Part shown: one piece after another, positions 18,514 through 26,857 of the stretch
Layout: each line of letters opens with the position of its first letter
Position numbering within the stretch: the stretch's first letter is position 1
DNA from: a virus
Direction: 5' to 3' (one strand)
DNA: 64,000 bases
IMG/VR virus record: IMGVR_UViG_3300029793_000467
Program-made: the position numbers and the translations under genes
The notes under the pieces: model-generated
The model's input: the letters and a program-made list of their open reading frames with translations, nothing else
Told to the model about the DNA's origin: nothing
The model's database searches: none

Positions 18514-18539
18514 TGTTATACTGGAATGGTTCACATAAG
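18514..18539 (+). promoter_or_regulatory. conserved promoter element in opposite (plus) orientation, no obvious downstream gene
   Basis: TGTTATACTGGAATGGTTCACATAAG. Points into the antisense strand of the Abi remnant. Confidence 0.45.
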
Positions 18540-18623
18540 TAGATTTGAACAGAGTCAGTTGGTCGTTGAATCCCAAGAGTTCCCAGAGGTTCCATAGGGC
18601 AAAATCGCCTTGCAGGCCGGTTT

Positions 18624-18773
18624 TCATGTCGTCGGTGTAGGGATTGTCGTGCAGAAGAAGTACGAGTTGTTCGAGAGGAACCTTCGGGCTTTCTCTTCGT
18701 CCATCAGGTCGAAGGTGACGCCATGCGAGACGAGGGTGTTTATCTGCTCATCCAACGTCGCTCGTTGCTTCAT
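18624..18773 (-). pseudogene. Abi_2 (AbiD/AbiF-like) abortive-infection gene N-terminal remnant
   Basis: The minus-strand ORF MKQRATLDEQINTLVSHGVTFDLMDEEKARRFLSNNSYFF... matches the characteristic Abi_2 N-terminus, then stops after 49 codons. The continuation is frame-shifted and unrecognisable. Confidence 0.4.
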
Positions 18774-18786
18774 CTTCACCTCTCAG

Positions 18787-18822
18787 AATAAAAAAACGGC
18801 GGCCGATGAATTCGACCGCCGT
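18787..18822 (-). terminator. rho-independent terminator (minus strand)
   Basis: Hairpin AACGGCGG..CCGCCGTT followed on the minus strand by a T8 run. Confidence 0.5.
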
Positions 18823-19185
18823 TCCGAGACGCCTCGGCGAACCAAGGCTTCTCTACGTTGTATGCCATACAATAGCCGCAATCTCCGGACTTTTCAATGA
18901 TAATCAGCCGTGCACCCAAGTCTTTCCGTTGGTTCTACGGCGTGTCGCTGGCATGCGGCGCGATGTGCCTCATCCTCGCCATCGGCGGACGGACCATCGC
19001 CGCCGGGGTCTTCGGAGCCGCCGCCGGGGTCTTCGGCTACTGCTGGCCTGTCAGACGGTGCGGCTTGTCTGTTATCGGGAAACTGACGCATTGGCCTCCA
19101 TGGTGATAGCGGGGTTTGCCATCCTCGTCTGGCTAGTGGTTCTCGCACGGCGGAATGGAGATTTTTGACGGTTCCAACAAACTAA

Positions 19186-19217
19186 GCTATAGTGGAACTG
19201 TTCACACAAATAAAAGG
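19186..19217 (+). promoter_or_regulatory. conserved promoter element with TTGACG -35
   Basis: TTGACG, a 17-nt spacer, then TATAGTGGAACTGTTCACACA. Confidence 0.55.
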
Positions 19218-19225
19218 GGAGAACG

Positions 19226-19489
19226 ATGACCGTAAACGAACTCATCGAACAATTAAAAAACCTACCCGAGGAAGTACGCGAACGCCCCATCATGGACGGC
19301 AATCCGAACGATGAATACTGGTTGGCCGACCTCCGCGCGATTTCAGTCGCCAAGGTCGTTGTATCCGGCGATGGCGCTTGTAACATGTACGACCCGGTAC
19401 TTTCCGACGAGGAAAACATCGAAGAACTGGAAAACAGATACGACATGTCAATGCATGTCGAACATCGGGCATTGGCGTTCTTCAATTGA
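19226..19489 (+). CDS. hypothetical protein (87 aa)
   Basis: A plus-orientated promoter element lies at 19186-19217, with a TTGACG -35 positioned 17 nt upstream. GGGGAG RBS. Confidence 0.5.
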   Translation: MTVNELIEQLKNLPEEVRERPIMDGNPNDEYWLADLRAISVAKVVVSGDGACNMYDPVLSDEENIEELENRYDMSMHVEHRALAFFN

Positions 19490-19505
19490 GATAGGGGTCG
19501 TACAA

Positions 19506-19976
19506 ATGGACGCGAACACTCCCATTAACATTCCCATCCGTCTTGAACAGTGGATACATGACAACTACATGGAAGTCGAAACCATTATCATCGATGCCCG
19601 GACAATCCTAGACGCAACCGATTTCGACAATCTTCCCGAATGGGAGGATTGGGGCGCGGACTTCATCGCGGAGGACGCTCAAAGAATTGGACTGCTGAAA
19701 ATGTGGTCTGGGCCGTTCACAGTCGAACTATTCAACTGTGACGAGTATCCCGACTATCTCGAATGGCGCAAAACTCATAAGACCGTCGAAGGTGCCGCAG
19801 AACACATTCTCGACTTGAGCAAGAAGGAACTACTGTGGCGAATCGAAGAAACCAAGAAGCAACTAGACAAGTATGTTAGCCAAATGACGCTGTTAAATGG
19901 AGGATTTGTTGACGCCGACAGGAGGGAAGACAAACATGGCCGAGGAATACTGGAAACGTCTTTGCCGCTCGTTTAA
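19506..19976 (+). CDS. hypothetical protein (156 aa)
   Basis: Start at MDANTP. Follows the previous gene by 17 nt. Confidence 0.45.
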   Translation: MDANTPINIPIRLEQWIHDNYMEVETIIIDARTILDATDFDNLPEWEDWGADFIAEDAQRIGLLKMWSGPFTVELFNCDEYPDYLEWRKTHKTVEGAAEHILDLSKKELLWRIEETKKQLDKYVSQMTLLNGGFVDADRREDKHGRGILETSLPLV

Positions 19977-20353
19977 CAAGAAATACGTTCATCAACCAAA
20001 CGCCCGAACCCATCAAACGGAACCAACGAATACACCAACCAGCCAACAAGCGCCAGCAATGCAAGCGCCGCAATCGCATACACCAGCGTACCCACGAACA
20101 AGCCAGCCAAAAACACGTTCATCTGCCGTTTGCGTTGCTCCAGCAGCTCATACCATTCGCTTTCGCACCGGTCGAATGCGTCAGCATCCATGCCGGTGCC
20201 TCCATGGGCTTGAAGCCAATCGCGTACGGTCGGCATGGGAGGTAGCGGGTCGGATATGCAAGCGTGCGGTACAAGCGCGGTTTTAAGCCCTTGCCAAACG
20301 CCGTTGAAAAAGAACGCGGGAAAACGTGCGGCCTTCACCGTGCTGGGTATCAT
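19973..20353 (-). CDS. membrane protein (C-terminal TM)
   Basis: Start at MIPSTV. ATGA overlap with the stop of 20350..21069. Confidence 0.4.
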   Translation of the reverse strand: MIPSTVKAARFPAFFFNGVWQGLKTALVPHACISDPLPPMPTVRDWLQAHGGTGMDADAFDRCESEWYELLEQRKRQMNVFLAGLFVGTLVYAIAALALLALVGWLVYSLVPFDGFGRLVDERISC

Positions 20354-21069
20354 TTTTCCACCTGCTGCCTTCGTCCGACAATCTTCTTGCCGCCCACGCT
20401 CCGCAACCATGCCAAGCCATGACCATAGGAGACCATACCGGCTTCGACGGTTGGATTCTGCTGGAACATGTAATGCACTTCCGCGAGTCCATTGCCTCCG
20501 TTTGTTTGCAGAATACGAATCCCGTAATCCTTTTCGACTGCCTTGACCGCCATGTCCCGTTCGAGTTCGTCGAACCAGCCGTAGAGCGGGAGCATGGCGA
20601 ATGCGGTCAATGCGCCTACGGCGATGAACCGCCAACATGTTTTCGCTCCTACCAACAATGCGATTGCCGCCACGAGAATTCCAATGACGGCGATTCCCGT
20701 CAACAGTTGACGCCATTTGCCGTTGCAGTCGTATTCGACGGGCGCGTACGGGTTGGTGGGGGTTGGTGTTGGAGGTGCGGTTTTGTTGGTTTTGCGTGTG
20801 GCGGGCTTGTAGGCTTTCGGAGCGGTTTTGTTTACTGTTGAAGTGGTTTTCTCGCTCGTCTTGCTGGCGGTTTCGTCGGTGTTTTCAATGGACTTGTCCG
20901 CTGTTTTCGGTTCGAATTTCAATGGTGGTGCCGGTGGGTTCAGCATTTTTCGTTCCGTTTTCTTCACGATTTCTTGCAGTTCGATGGTGGTGGACGAGTC
21001 GGGTTCGTCCATTGGTTTCTGACCTAATATCATGAGGTCGTTTTCCAGTGAGATATTCCGTTCTTTCAT
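20350..21069 (-). CDS. membrane-anchored protein with Thr/Pro/Lys-rich linker
   Basis: Start MKERN with an AAAGGAAG RBS. The 40-bp conserved element lies upstream, inside the longer ORF. One TM helix. Confidence 0.45.
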   Translation of the reverse strand: MKERNISLENDLMILGQKPMDEPDSSTTIELQEIVKKTERKMLNPPAPPLKFEPKTADKSIENTDETASKTSEKTTSTVNKTAPKAYKPATRKTNKTAPPTPTPTNPYAPVEYDCNGKWRQLLTGIAVIGILVAAIALLVGAKTCWRFIAVGALTAFAMLPLYGWFDELERDMAVKAVEKDYGIRILQTNGGNGLAEVHYMFQQNPTVEAGMVSYGHGLAWLRSVGGKKIVGRRQQVEK

Positions 21070-21100
21070 GTAATTCTTCCTTTCTTTTTGCTGAATATGA

Positions 21101-21145
21101 GAGAAGTAGAAGGAAGTAGTAATACGGCAGTCTTCCAATTTTGTG
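21101..21145 (-). repeat. second conserved ~40-bp element, copy 2
   Basis: rc ATTGGAAGACTGCCGTATTACTACTTCCTTCTACTTCTC. Confidence 0.55.
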
Positions 21146-21149
21146 TAGG

Positions 21150-21458
21150 TCAGAGGATTCGGGTTCCCTTGCGGGTGACGAGCATGATTCTGTTTTCGTG
21201 ACGGCTTTCGAAAACGTCCCAGTTGCCGCTCAGGACCGCCAAGCATGCGTCGCCCTTGATGAGGTTCCAACGTTCGTCGCAGTTGGATACGACGTGCTTC
21301 CAGTTGGTTGGGTTGGGCTTGCTGTGGGAGGTTTCCACGATAGCTTCGTTCATGGGCTTGTCCGCGTAGGTGTGGTCGTAGGTGTTGTCTCCGGCGACCA
21401 CGCTGATGGTGCCGTTGTCGTGGAGGATTGGCTGGTAGTAGGTTTTAGTGTCGTTCAT
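21150..21458 (-). CDS. hypothetical protein (102 aa)
   Basis: Start MNDTK with an AAGGAG RBS. The promoter element 21488-21515 lies inside the long ORF. Confidence 0.45.
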   Translation of the reverse strand: MNDTKTYYQPILHDNGTISVVAGDNTYDHTYADKPMNEAIVETSHSKPNPTNWKHVVSNCDERWNLIKGDACLAVLSGNWDVFESRHENRIMLVTRKGTRIL

Positions 21459-21487
21459 TCGTTCTCCTTGGTTGGCTTCCGCCTGTT

Positions 21488-21515
21488 TATGTGGACATTT
21501 CCAGTATAGCATACG
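21488..21515 (-). promoter_or_regulatory. conserved promoter element
   Basis: rc TGCTATACTGGAAATGTCCACATA. Confidence 0.55.
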
Positions 21516-21553
21516 TAAAGTTCCGACTTCAAAACAAGCATGGAACATACTGG

Positions 21554-21703
21554 CTACGAGTCTTCGTCCCCATCTTCTCCAAGTGCCTGTTCGACCAACA
21601 ATCTGACCGCATCGTTCCACGAGACTTCATGTCGCTCGGCATACTGCATGGTCAGCCGGTACAGTTCGGCGGGCAACATGACCACACGGTTCACGTTAGG
21701 CAT
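21554..21703 (-). CDS. ribbon-helix-helix (CopG/Arc-like) DNA-binding protein
   Basis: MPNVNRVVMLPAELYRLTMQYAERHEVSWNDAVRLLVEQAL resembles the RHH beta-strand plus two helices. Confidence 0.45.
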   Translation of the reverse strand: MPNVNRVVMLPAELYRLTMQYAERHEVSWNDAVRLLVEQALGEDGDEDS

Positions 21704-21707
21704 CACG

Positions 21708-21887
21708 TCAACTCCAGAACAGGTGGGCGAGCGAATCGGCGTCGATGTACCGGCGTCGTCCGATTTTGTAGGTGCGTATGCGACCGGCATTCAGCAGGTC
21801 GTATATGTGCTGGCGTGAGCAGGAGAGGTAGGCCATCGTGTCGGCGATAGTGAGGATGGCTGGCAGTTCCTTGGCTTTGGTTCTCAT
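21708..21887 (-). CDS. excisionase-family HTH (HTH_17/MerR-like) DNA-binding protein
   Basis: LTIADTMAYLSCSRQHIYDLLNAGRIRTYKIGRRRYI matches the excisionase/AlpA-type HTH. Confidence 0.5.
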   Translation of the reverse strand: MRTKAKELPAILTIADTMAYLSCSRQHIYDLLNAGRIRTYKIGRRRYIDADSLAHLFWS

Positions 21888-21904
21888 CGTCGTGCTTTCC
21901 TTCG

Positions 21905-22294
21905 TTAATACCGGTATTCGCAACCGGAATCCACAAACTCGTGTTCGCCATCGCTCCACAGCACGGACACTATGGTCGAAGGGTCGTTCAGGTCGATGAA
22001 AAACGCGGCAAGCTCGTCCGCTGACAAGCGGGAGAACTCCTCGCCCACAGCTTTATAGAATTCGTCCCAAGCGGCTTGGTCGGCGTCCGATTCCATGAGC
22101 GTGGAGAACCGTTCCGCCAGTTGCGTGGATGGGAGTGTGGCATGAGAGAAGCTTTCGTCCGTAATGTCGAGCCAAGTGTTCAAGCACCTGTCGGCCAGTT
22201 CGCCTACCGGAAAGGTCAGCATTCTCGTGGTAGTGCCCGTCCACTTGGTTTTCTTCAGAAAACTGACTTCGACGGCATTGGTCTTGTGTTCCAT
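21905..22294 (-). CDS. hypothetical protein (129 aa)
   Basis: Complete sigma70-like promoter upstream: TTGACG, a 16-nt spacer, then TATACT plus the conserved downstream element. Confidence 0.45.
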   Translation of the reverse strand: MEHKTNAVEVSFLKKTKWTGTTTRMLTFPVGELADRCLNTWLDITDESFSHATLPSTQLAERFSTLMESDADQAAWDEFYKAVGEEFSRLSADELAAFFIDLNDPSTIVSVLWSDGEHEFVDSGCEYRY

Positions 22295-22326
22295 GGTCTG
22301 CGCTCCTATTCATGGCTTTCTGTTTT

Positions 22327-22351
22327 TGTGTGAACAATTCCAGTATATATG
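22327..22351 (-). promoter_or_regulatory. conserved promoter element with TTGACG -35
   Basis: rc TTGACG, a 16-nt spacer, then TATACTGGAATTGTTCACACA. Confidence 0.6.
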
Positions 22352-22408
22352 AATGTACGCGAACGTCAAACCAGCTTCCCACCAAGCGCTTTTTAAAGCA
22401 TTATGGCG

Positions 22409-22624
22409 TCAAAGCGAACCATGTCCGCGTCTTCTCTCCGAGGCGAACTGATGGGCGACTTCATCCAGCTCTTTGGACTCCAACCCGTCCAGCACGGCGA
22501 GTGCGAACCTCACACGCTCACGGTCATCGACCGGCAACCAGATGTCGTCGGCTCCCGCGACGACGTGAATGCCCATGCCGTCGTTGTCGCTGATGTAGTC
22601 GAATCCGTTGAACTTGACGCTCAT
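22409..22624 (-). CDS. hypothetical protein (71 aa)
   Basis: Start MSVKF with an AAGGAGG RBS. Confidence 0.4.
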   Translation of the reverse strand: MSVKFNGFDYISDNDGMGIHVVAGADDIWLPVDDRERVRFALAVLDGLESKELDEVAHQFASERRRGHGSL

Positions 22625-22640
22625 GCTTCCTCCTTTTTTC

Positions 22641-23129
22641 TCAGTCTTCCCCGTTGCCTGAACGATGCGACGTAATACGGTTCCAATGTTTTGAGTACAC
22701 GTCCCATACGTTTTCGGAATCAACGTTCAGCATTTCCTCGAAAGCGGCTTTGCCGACGTCGCTGAGACGGCTGATGTTGCGCAGAATATCCGCCACCTTG
22801 TCCGCTTCGTACAGTTTGTTCTGGCTGTCCTCCAATTCTTGAGATTGGGTGCTGGTGAGGTGTTGGAGATAGTTTTCGAGCAGTTCCCAGCCTTTGTCCG
22901 AGGATGAGATGTAGGCGGGTTTTGTGAGACGCCAGTCTTCGAGTATGTCTTCCCAAGGGTCGGTTTTGACGTCGTAGATTCCGGCGTCTTCTTCGTGGGG
23001 GAGGTTTTTGATTTGTTTCTGGTTGCCGTCTTCGTCCAAGTAGTCGATGGTGAGGTATTCGATTGTGTCGTTTCGGTCGAAGAGGTTGTGTGATGTGGTG
23101 ATTTTGAGGCTGGTGATGGTCTTAATCAT
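22641..23129 (-). CDS. hypothetical acidic protein (162 aa)
   Basis: Promoter element 23159-23183, with a TTGATG -35 region. Confidence 0.45.
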   Translation of the reverse strand: MIKTITSLKITTSHNLFDRNDTIEYLTIDYLDEDGNQKQIKNLPHEEDAGIYDVKTDPWEDILEDWRLTKPAYISSSDKGWELLENYLQHLTSTQSQELEDSQNKLYEADKVADILRNISRLSDVGKAAFEEMLNVDSENVWDVYSKHWNRITSHRSGNGED

Positions 23130-23158
23130 TTTGGTTCCCTTTGTTTTCCAAGCATGTT

Positions 23159-23183
23159 TTGTGTGAACAATTCCAGTATAACG
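23159..23183 (-). promoter_or_regulatory. conserved promoter element with TTGATG -35
   Basis: rc TTGATG, a 16-nt spacer, then TTATACTGGAATTGTTCACACA. Confidence 0.6.
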
Positions 23184-23233
23184 AGAATGTAGGGGAACAT
23201 CAAATCAGCTTCCAGCCAAGCGCGATTTTAAAG

Positions 23234-23266
23234 CATTATATTTATTATATTTATTATATTTATTAC
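23234..23266. repeat. AT-only 9-bp tandem repeat (ATTTATTAT)x~4
   Basis: attatatttattatatttattatatttattac. Confidence 0.6.
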
Positions 23267-23285
23267 GGCGAGGTCGCGTTCAAAA

Positions 23286-23314
23286 TGCCGTATCTCAATT
23301 GGAAGACTGTCAAG
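23286..23314 (+). repeat. second conserved element, partial/interrupted copy
   Basis: TGCCGTATctcaATTGGAAGACTG. The two half-words are rearranged. Confidence 0.3.
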
Positions 23315-23468
23315 AATTAACAAGAGGGGAGGCCGTGGAATCGCATGTTCCACAGCCTCCCCGTACAGGCGGACACATTTAACGCGCGCGCGGCGGCGCG
23401 TTGGCTCAGACCCGCGTTCAGACGGGCGGCGCTTATGGTCTCAAGGTTCGGTTCGCCCACATCCGCCT

Positions 23469-23619
23469 GTCATGCGTCGCGGAACGCGCTGAAGCCTTTG
23501 CTCAATGCCTTCGAACGTTCCGCGATGCGCCTCAAAGTTTGGTCGGCGGCCTGCCTGAACGTGAGCTTGCCGTCATAAGCCTTGACCAGACGACGGCCCG
23601 ACAGAAAACCTAAGCCCAT
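23469..23619 (-). CDS. small hypothetical protein (~49 aa)
   Basis: ATG 23619 is preceded by a strong AAGGAG RBS. Not in the ORF track because it is under 60 aa. Confidence 0.3.
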
Positions 23620-23642
23620 GGTTTGCTCCTTCCGATACGAAA

Positions 23643-23678
23643 ACAGTCGGGTCGTCTCGCATCCGACGTCCCGACTGT
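23643..23678 (-). terminator. hairpin terminator downstream of the flotillin gene (minus strand)
   Basis: 13/14-bp stem ACAGTCGGG.CGTC / GACG.CCCGACTGT, followed on the minus strand by TTTTCGTAT. Confidence 0.45.
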
Positions 23679-23690
23679 CAGACGGTTGGA

Positions 23691-25070
23691 CTACTCGGCG
23701 TCCTGCATGGATTTTCCGGCGGCATGTCCGGCGACGACGCTGTTCAGCAACGCTTTCAGGTCGATGCCCAAGGATTGCGACAAGCCTTCGCTCAACTGGC
23801 TCACACTGTTCACGGTGTCACCCACGAGCTTCGTGCTGTTTCCGTCGCCGTACATGGTGATGTGGTCAACCTTGGTGAGCGGTTCGGCGGCTGCTCGAAT
23901 CATGTCGGGGAGAATCTGAATGTACTGTTGGGCGAGGATGTACGTGTTGTTCATCGCATTGTAGGCTTGGCCTTGGGCGCGGATTGCCTCGGCTTCGCCG
24001 ACACCCTTCGCCTGTGCGGCGGAACCCTCGGCCTTGCCTTTGACCTCGGTCGCGTGTGCGTCCGCGTCGGCTGTGGATTGGATGGCCTGAGCCTCCTGCT
24101 GGCGTAGGTACAGTTCCGCGTCGGCGTGTTTTTGGGTTGTGTACATTTGCGCGTCGGCCTGCTGTTCGGCGGCGTAACGGTCGGCGTCGGCCTTCTTGCA
24201 GATGGTCGCGTTCAGTTTTTGCTCTTCGATTTCAGCGTTCTTCTGTTCGAGCACGGCCCTCTTCTCGGCGGCGGCGATTTCAGCCTCCTGCTCCTTGACC
24301 TTGAGGGTCTTGGACTGTTCGGCGCTGGTGATGCCCTTCACCGCGTCTGCTTCGGCCTGCGCCTTGTCGGCGATGGACTGGAGTTCCGCACGCTTCAGGT
24401 CAAGCTGGTTCTGGCGGACGGCCACATCCTGTTCCGCGTTGATGGACGCGAGTTTCGCGTTTCGGCTGATTTCCGCCGCCATCTCCGCGCCCATGTTGGC
24501 GATGACGCTTTGCCGGTCGGTGAAGTCCTGAATGTTGAACGTGGTCAATTGCAGTCCGAGCCGTTCCATGTCCACACGCGCGGATTCGGCCACGGTTTCG
24601 GCAAATGTGTCCCTGTTCTCCATCAGTTCCTTCAACTCGGTCTTGCCGATGACCTCGCGAAGCTTACCTAGGAGCACCTGAGTGACGTCCTTCTCCATGC
24701 GCTCCTTGGACTGGTTGAGATAGTTCTTGGCGGCGTTCTCCAACGCTTTGACCTGTTTGCCGTTCTCGTCCACGGTCGTGGTTTCCGACGCTATCTGGAA
24801 GTTCGCCACGGCGTTCACGTCGATGAGGATGGCGTCCTTAGTGGGAATCGCCGTATCGGTTGACAGCAGGGATTGCACCGCACCCAAGCTCAGCCAGTCC
24901 ACGCGCATGATGAACGGGATGATGAACGCGCTTCCGCCTGAGACGAAGCGTCTTCCGCCCGGCCCGGTGATGACCATGACCTTGTTGGCGGGGCAGACCT
25001 TGTAGCTTGCGGTTGCGAGCAGTACGACAAGTACTGCCACTACCGCGCCGATAATGAGTGTTGTCGGCAT
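23691..25070 (-). CDS. SPFH/band-7 (flotillin/YqiK-like) membrane protein
   Basis: N-terminal TM helix, an SPFH domain (VMVITGPGGRRFVSGGSAFIIPF..), then a long Ala/Glu/Gln-rich coiled coil. AGGAAAAAC RBS. Confidence 0.75.
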   Translation of the reverse strand: MPTTLIIGAVVAVLVVLLATASYKVCPANKVMVITGPGGRRFVSGGSAFIIPFIMRVDWLSLGAVQSLLSTDTAIPTKDAILIDVNAVANFQIASETTTVDENGKQVKALENAAKNYLNQSKERMEKDVTQVLLGKLREVIGKTELKELMENRDTFAETVAESARVDMERLGLQLTTFNIQDFTDRQSVIANMGAEMAAEISRNAKLASINAEQDVAVRQNQLDLKRAELQSIADKAQAEADAVKGITSAEQSKTLKVKEQEAEIAAAEKRAVLEQKNAEIEEQKLNATICKKADADRYAAEQQADAQMYTTQKHADAELYLRQQEAQAIQSTADADAHATEVKGKAEGSAAQAKGVGEAEAIRAQGQAYNAMNNTYILAQQYIQILPDMIRAAAEPLTKVDHITMYGDGNSTKLVGDTVNSVSQLSEGLSQSLGIDLKALLNSVVAGHAAGKSMQDAE

Positions 25071-25088
25071 GTTTTTCCTTTCTCTTTT

Positions 25089-25113
25089 GCGGGCAAACCC
25101 ACTATAACAAAAC
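25089..25113 (-). promoter_or_regulatory. conserved promoter element (variant) upstream of flotillin gene
   Basis: rc TGTTATAGTGGGTTTGCCCGC. Confidence 0.4.
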
Positions 25114-25119
25114 TCGTTT

Positions 25120-26460
25120 TCAGACTTCGGTTCCGAAGTCTGCGGCCATGTCCGCGAACTTGGAGCATTCGCCCATGAACGCGAGATTGAACGTGTCGGT
25201 CGGACCGTTGCGATGCTTGGCGAGAATCACGTCGGCTTCGCCCGGACGTTCCTCACGGTCGTAGTATTCGGGACGGTGCACGAGGAACACCATGTCGGCG
25301 TCCTGTTCGATGGAGCCGGATTCACGCAGGTCGGACAGTTCCGGCTTCTTGTCAGCACGCTGTTCCGCATTACGGTTCAACTGGGAGAGCACGACCACGG
25401 GGCATTGCAGTTCCTTGGCGAGCATTTTGCATTGGCGGGAGAAGTTCGACACTTCCTGCTGACGGTTCTCGACGGTTTTACCGGAGGACATGAGTTGCAG
25501 GTAGTCGATGACGATAAGCTTCAACCCGTTGACCTTGCGGCTGAGAGCACGGCATTTCGCACGGATGGTGCTCATGTTGATGATGGCGGAATCATCAACC
25601 CACAATGGTGCCTTCTCGACCTGATGGCAGAGCGCGTTGAGTTTGTTCCAATCATTCGAGTTCAGATTCTCGGGATGTTGGAACGATGCGAGACGGATGC
25701 CTGTTTCGGCTGCGAACATGCGTTGCATGAGTTCGTGACCGCCCATTTCCAGACTGAAAATCACAGTCGGCAGACCCTTGTGCAGTGCGGCGTTACGCGC
25801 GAAATCCATGCCGAGAGTACTCTTGCCCATGCCCGGACGGCCCGCGACTATGACCATTTGTCCGGCTTGCAATCCGTGCGTCAACGCGTCGATGTCACGG
25901 AAGCCGGTGGGTGTTCCGAACTCGTTCGGATTCTGTGACATTTCATCCAACTGTTGGAGCATTTCGTCGGACAGGCGGTATGCGGTCTTCAACTCGTCGT
26001 CTTCGGAACGGCTTGAATCCTCCAACGAGAACGCGGCCTCCAACGATTTGCTGAGCACATCTTCGGCTGACGCGTCGGATACGTTGCTCATCTGTTGCAA
26101 CTGCTGTCCGACCATGTTGATGTGGCGGAGGATGGCCGCGTCACGAATCTGCTTGATGAAATAGTCACTGTTGTTCGACGTGGGCGCGGAGCCGACAAGC
26201 TGGGCGATGTAGTCGATGCCGCCGACCTGTTCCAACTGTCCGTTGTCCATCATGTGCGAGGACAGCATTTGCGCGTCCACACGGTTATTGTCTGCGGCCA
26301 GTTCCTTTATATTATGGAAGATGGTCTGGTTGGTCGGCTGGTAGAAGTCCTCTTCGGAAAGTTGGCTGATGACCTTGTCCAACGTTTCCGCGTCTTGAAG
26401 CATGGCCCCCAACAATACTTGCTCGGCCATGTCCTTGTGGATTGGTGTGGGGACGCTCAC
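25120..26460 (-). CDS. dnaB: replicative DNA helicase DnaB
   Basis: 446 aa. Walker A GRPGMGKST, Walker B LIVIDYLQLM and the characteristic DnaB N-terminal domain. Confidence 0.9.
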   Translation of the reverse strand: MSVPTPIHKDMAEQVLLGAMLQDAETLDKVISQLSEEDFYQPTNQTIFHNIKELAADNNRVDAQMLSSHMMDNGQLEQVGGIDYIAQLVGSAPTSNNSDYFIKQIRDAAILRHINMVGQQLQQMSNVSDASAEDVLSKSLEAAFSLEDSSRSEDDELKTAYRLSDEMLQQLDEMSQNPNEFGTPTGFRDIDALTHGLQAGQMVIVAGRPGMGKSTLGMDFARNAALHKGLPTVIFSLEMGGHELMQRMFAAETGIRLASFQHPENLNSNDWNKLNALCHQVEKAPLWVDDSAIINMSTIRAKCRALSRKVNGLKLIVIDYLQLMSSGKTVENRQQEVSNFSRQCKMLAKELQCPVVVLSQLNRNAEQRADKKPELSDLRESGSIEQDADMVFLVHRPEYYDREERPGEADVILAKHRNGPTDTFNLAFMGECSKFADMAADFGTEV

Positions 26461-26855
26461 TTGTCGTTGTTCTCCTTCTTGCCGGTGTTGGTCTGATTCT
26501 TGTTCAACGTCTCATACAGGCGGTGTTCCGTTTGCCAACGTTTGACACGGGATTTGCTGGGATGGTTGACCCACCGGTATACGCAACGTTCTATGCGCTT
26601 GTATCCGAGGACTTCCGGTCCGAGATTGTGACTGCGGAATATCTCCGAGGGACGTTCCCCTTGCAGATATCGGAGGGTCACTTCGTCTTGGAATTGGGTG
26701 GTGAAGATTACCCACCATCCGTGCTTGTTTTTCAAGACGTTGACGACTTCCGGCCGTCTTCCCAAGGCCAAAGCCTCGTCTGCGGTCAGAAGCTTCGCCG
26801 GGGATGTGTTCGGTTTTTTCGGTTTTTCGACCATGCTTTTGTTCGTCCTTTCCAA
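26457..26855 (-). CDS. hypothetical protein (132 aa)
   Basis: ATGA-coupled to dnaB. Confidence 0.45.
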   Translation of the reverse strand: MERTNKSMVEKPKKPNTSPAKLLTADEALALGRRPEVVNVLKNKHGWWVIFTTQFQDEVTLRYLQGERPSEIFRSHNLGPEVLGYKRIERCVYRWVNHPSKSRVKRWQTEHRLYETLNKNQTNTGKKENNDK

Positions 26856-26857
26856 GG

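Noticed and set aside
18293-19148. ORFs 18293-18595(-), 18610-18900(+), 18894-19148(-)
   Set aside because: They overlap the Abi fragment, the terminator and each other. Composition suggests non-coding DNA.
20350-21270. Long N-terminal extension of the 20350 gene (start at 21270)
   Set aside because: The extension contains the 40-bp conserved intergenic element. An internal ATG at 21069 has a good RBS.
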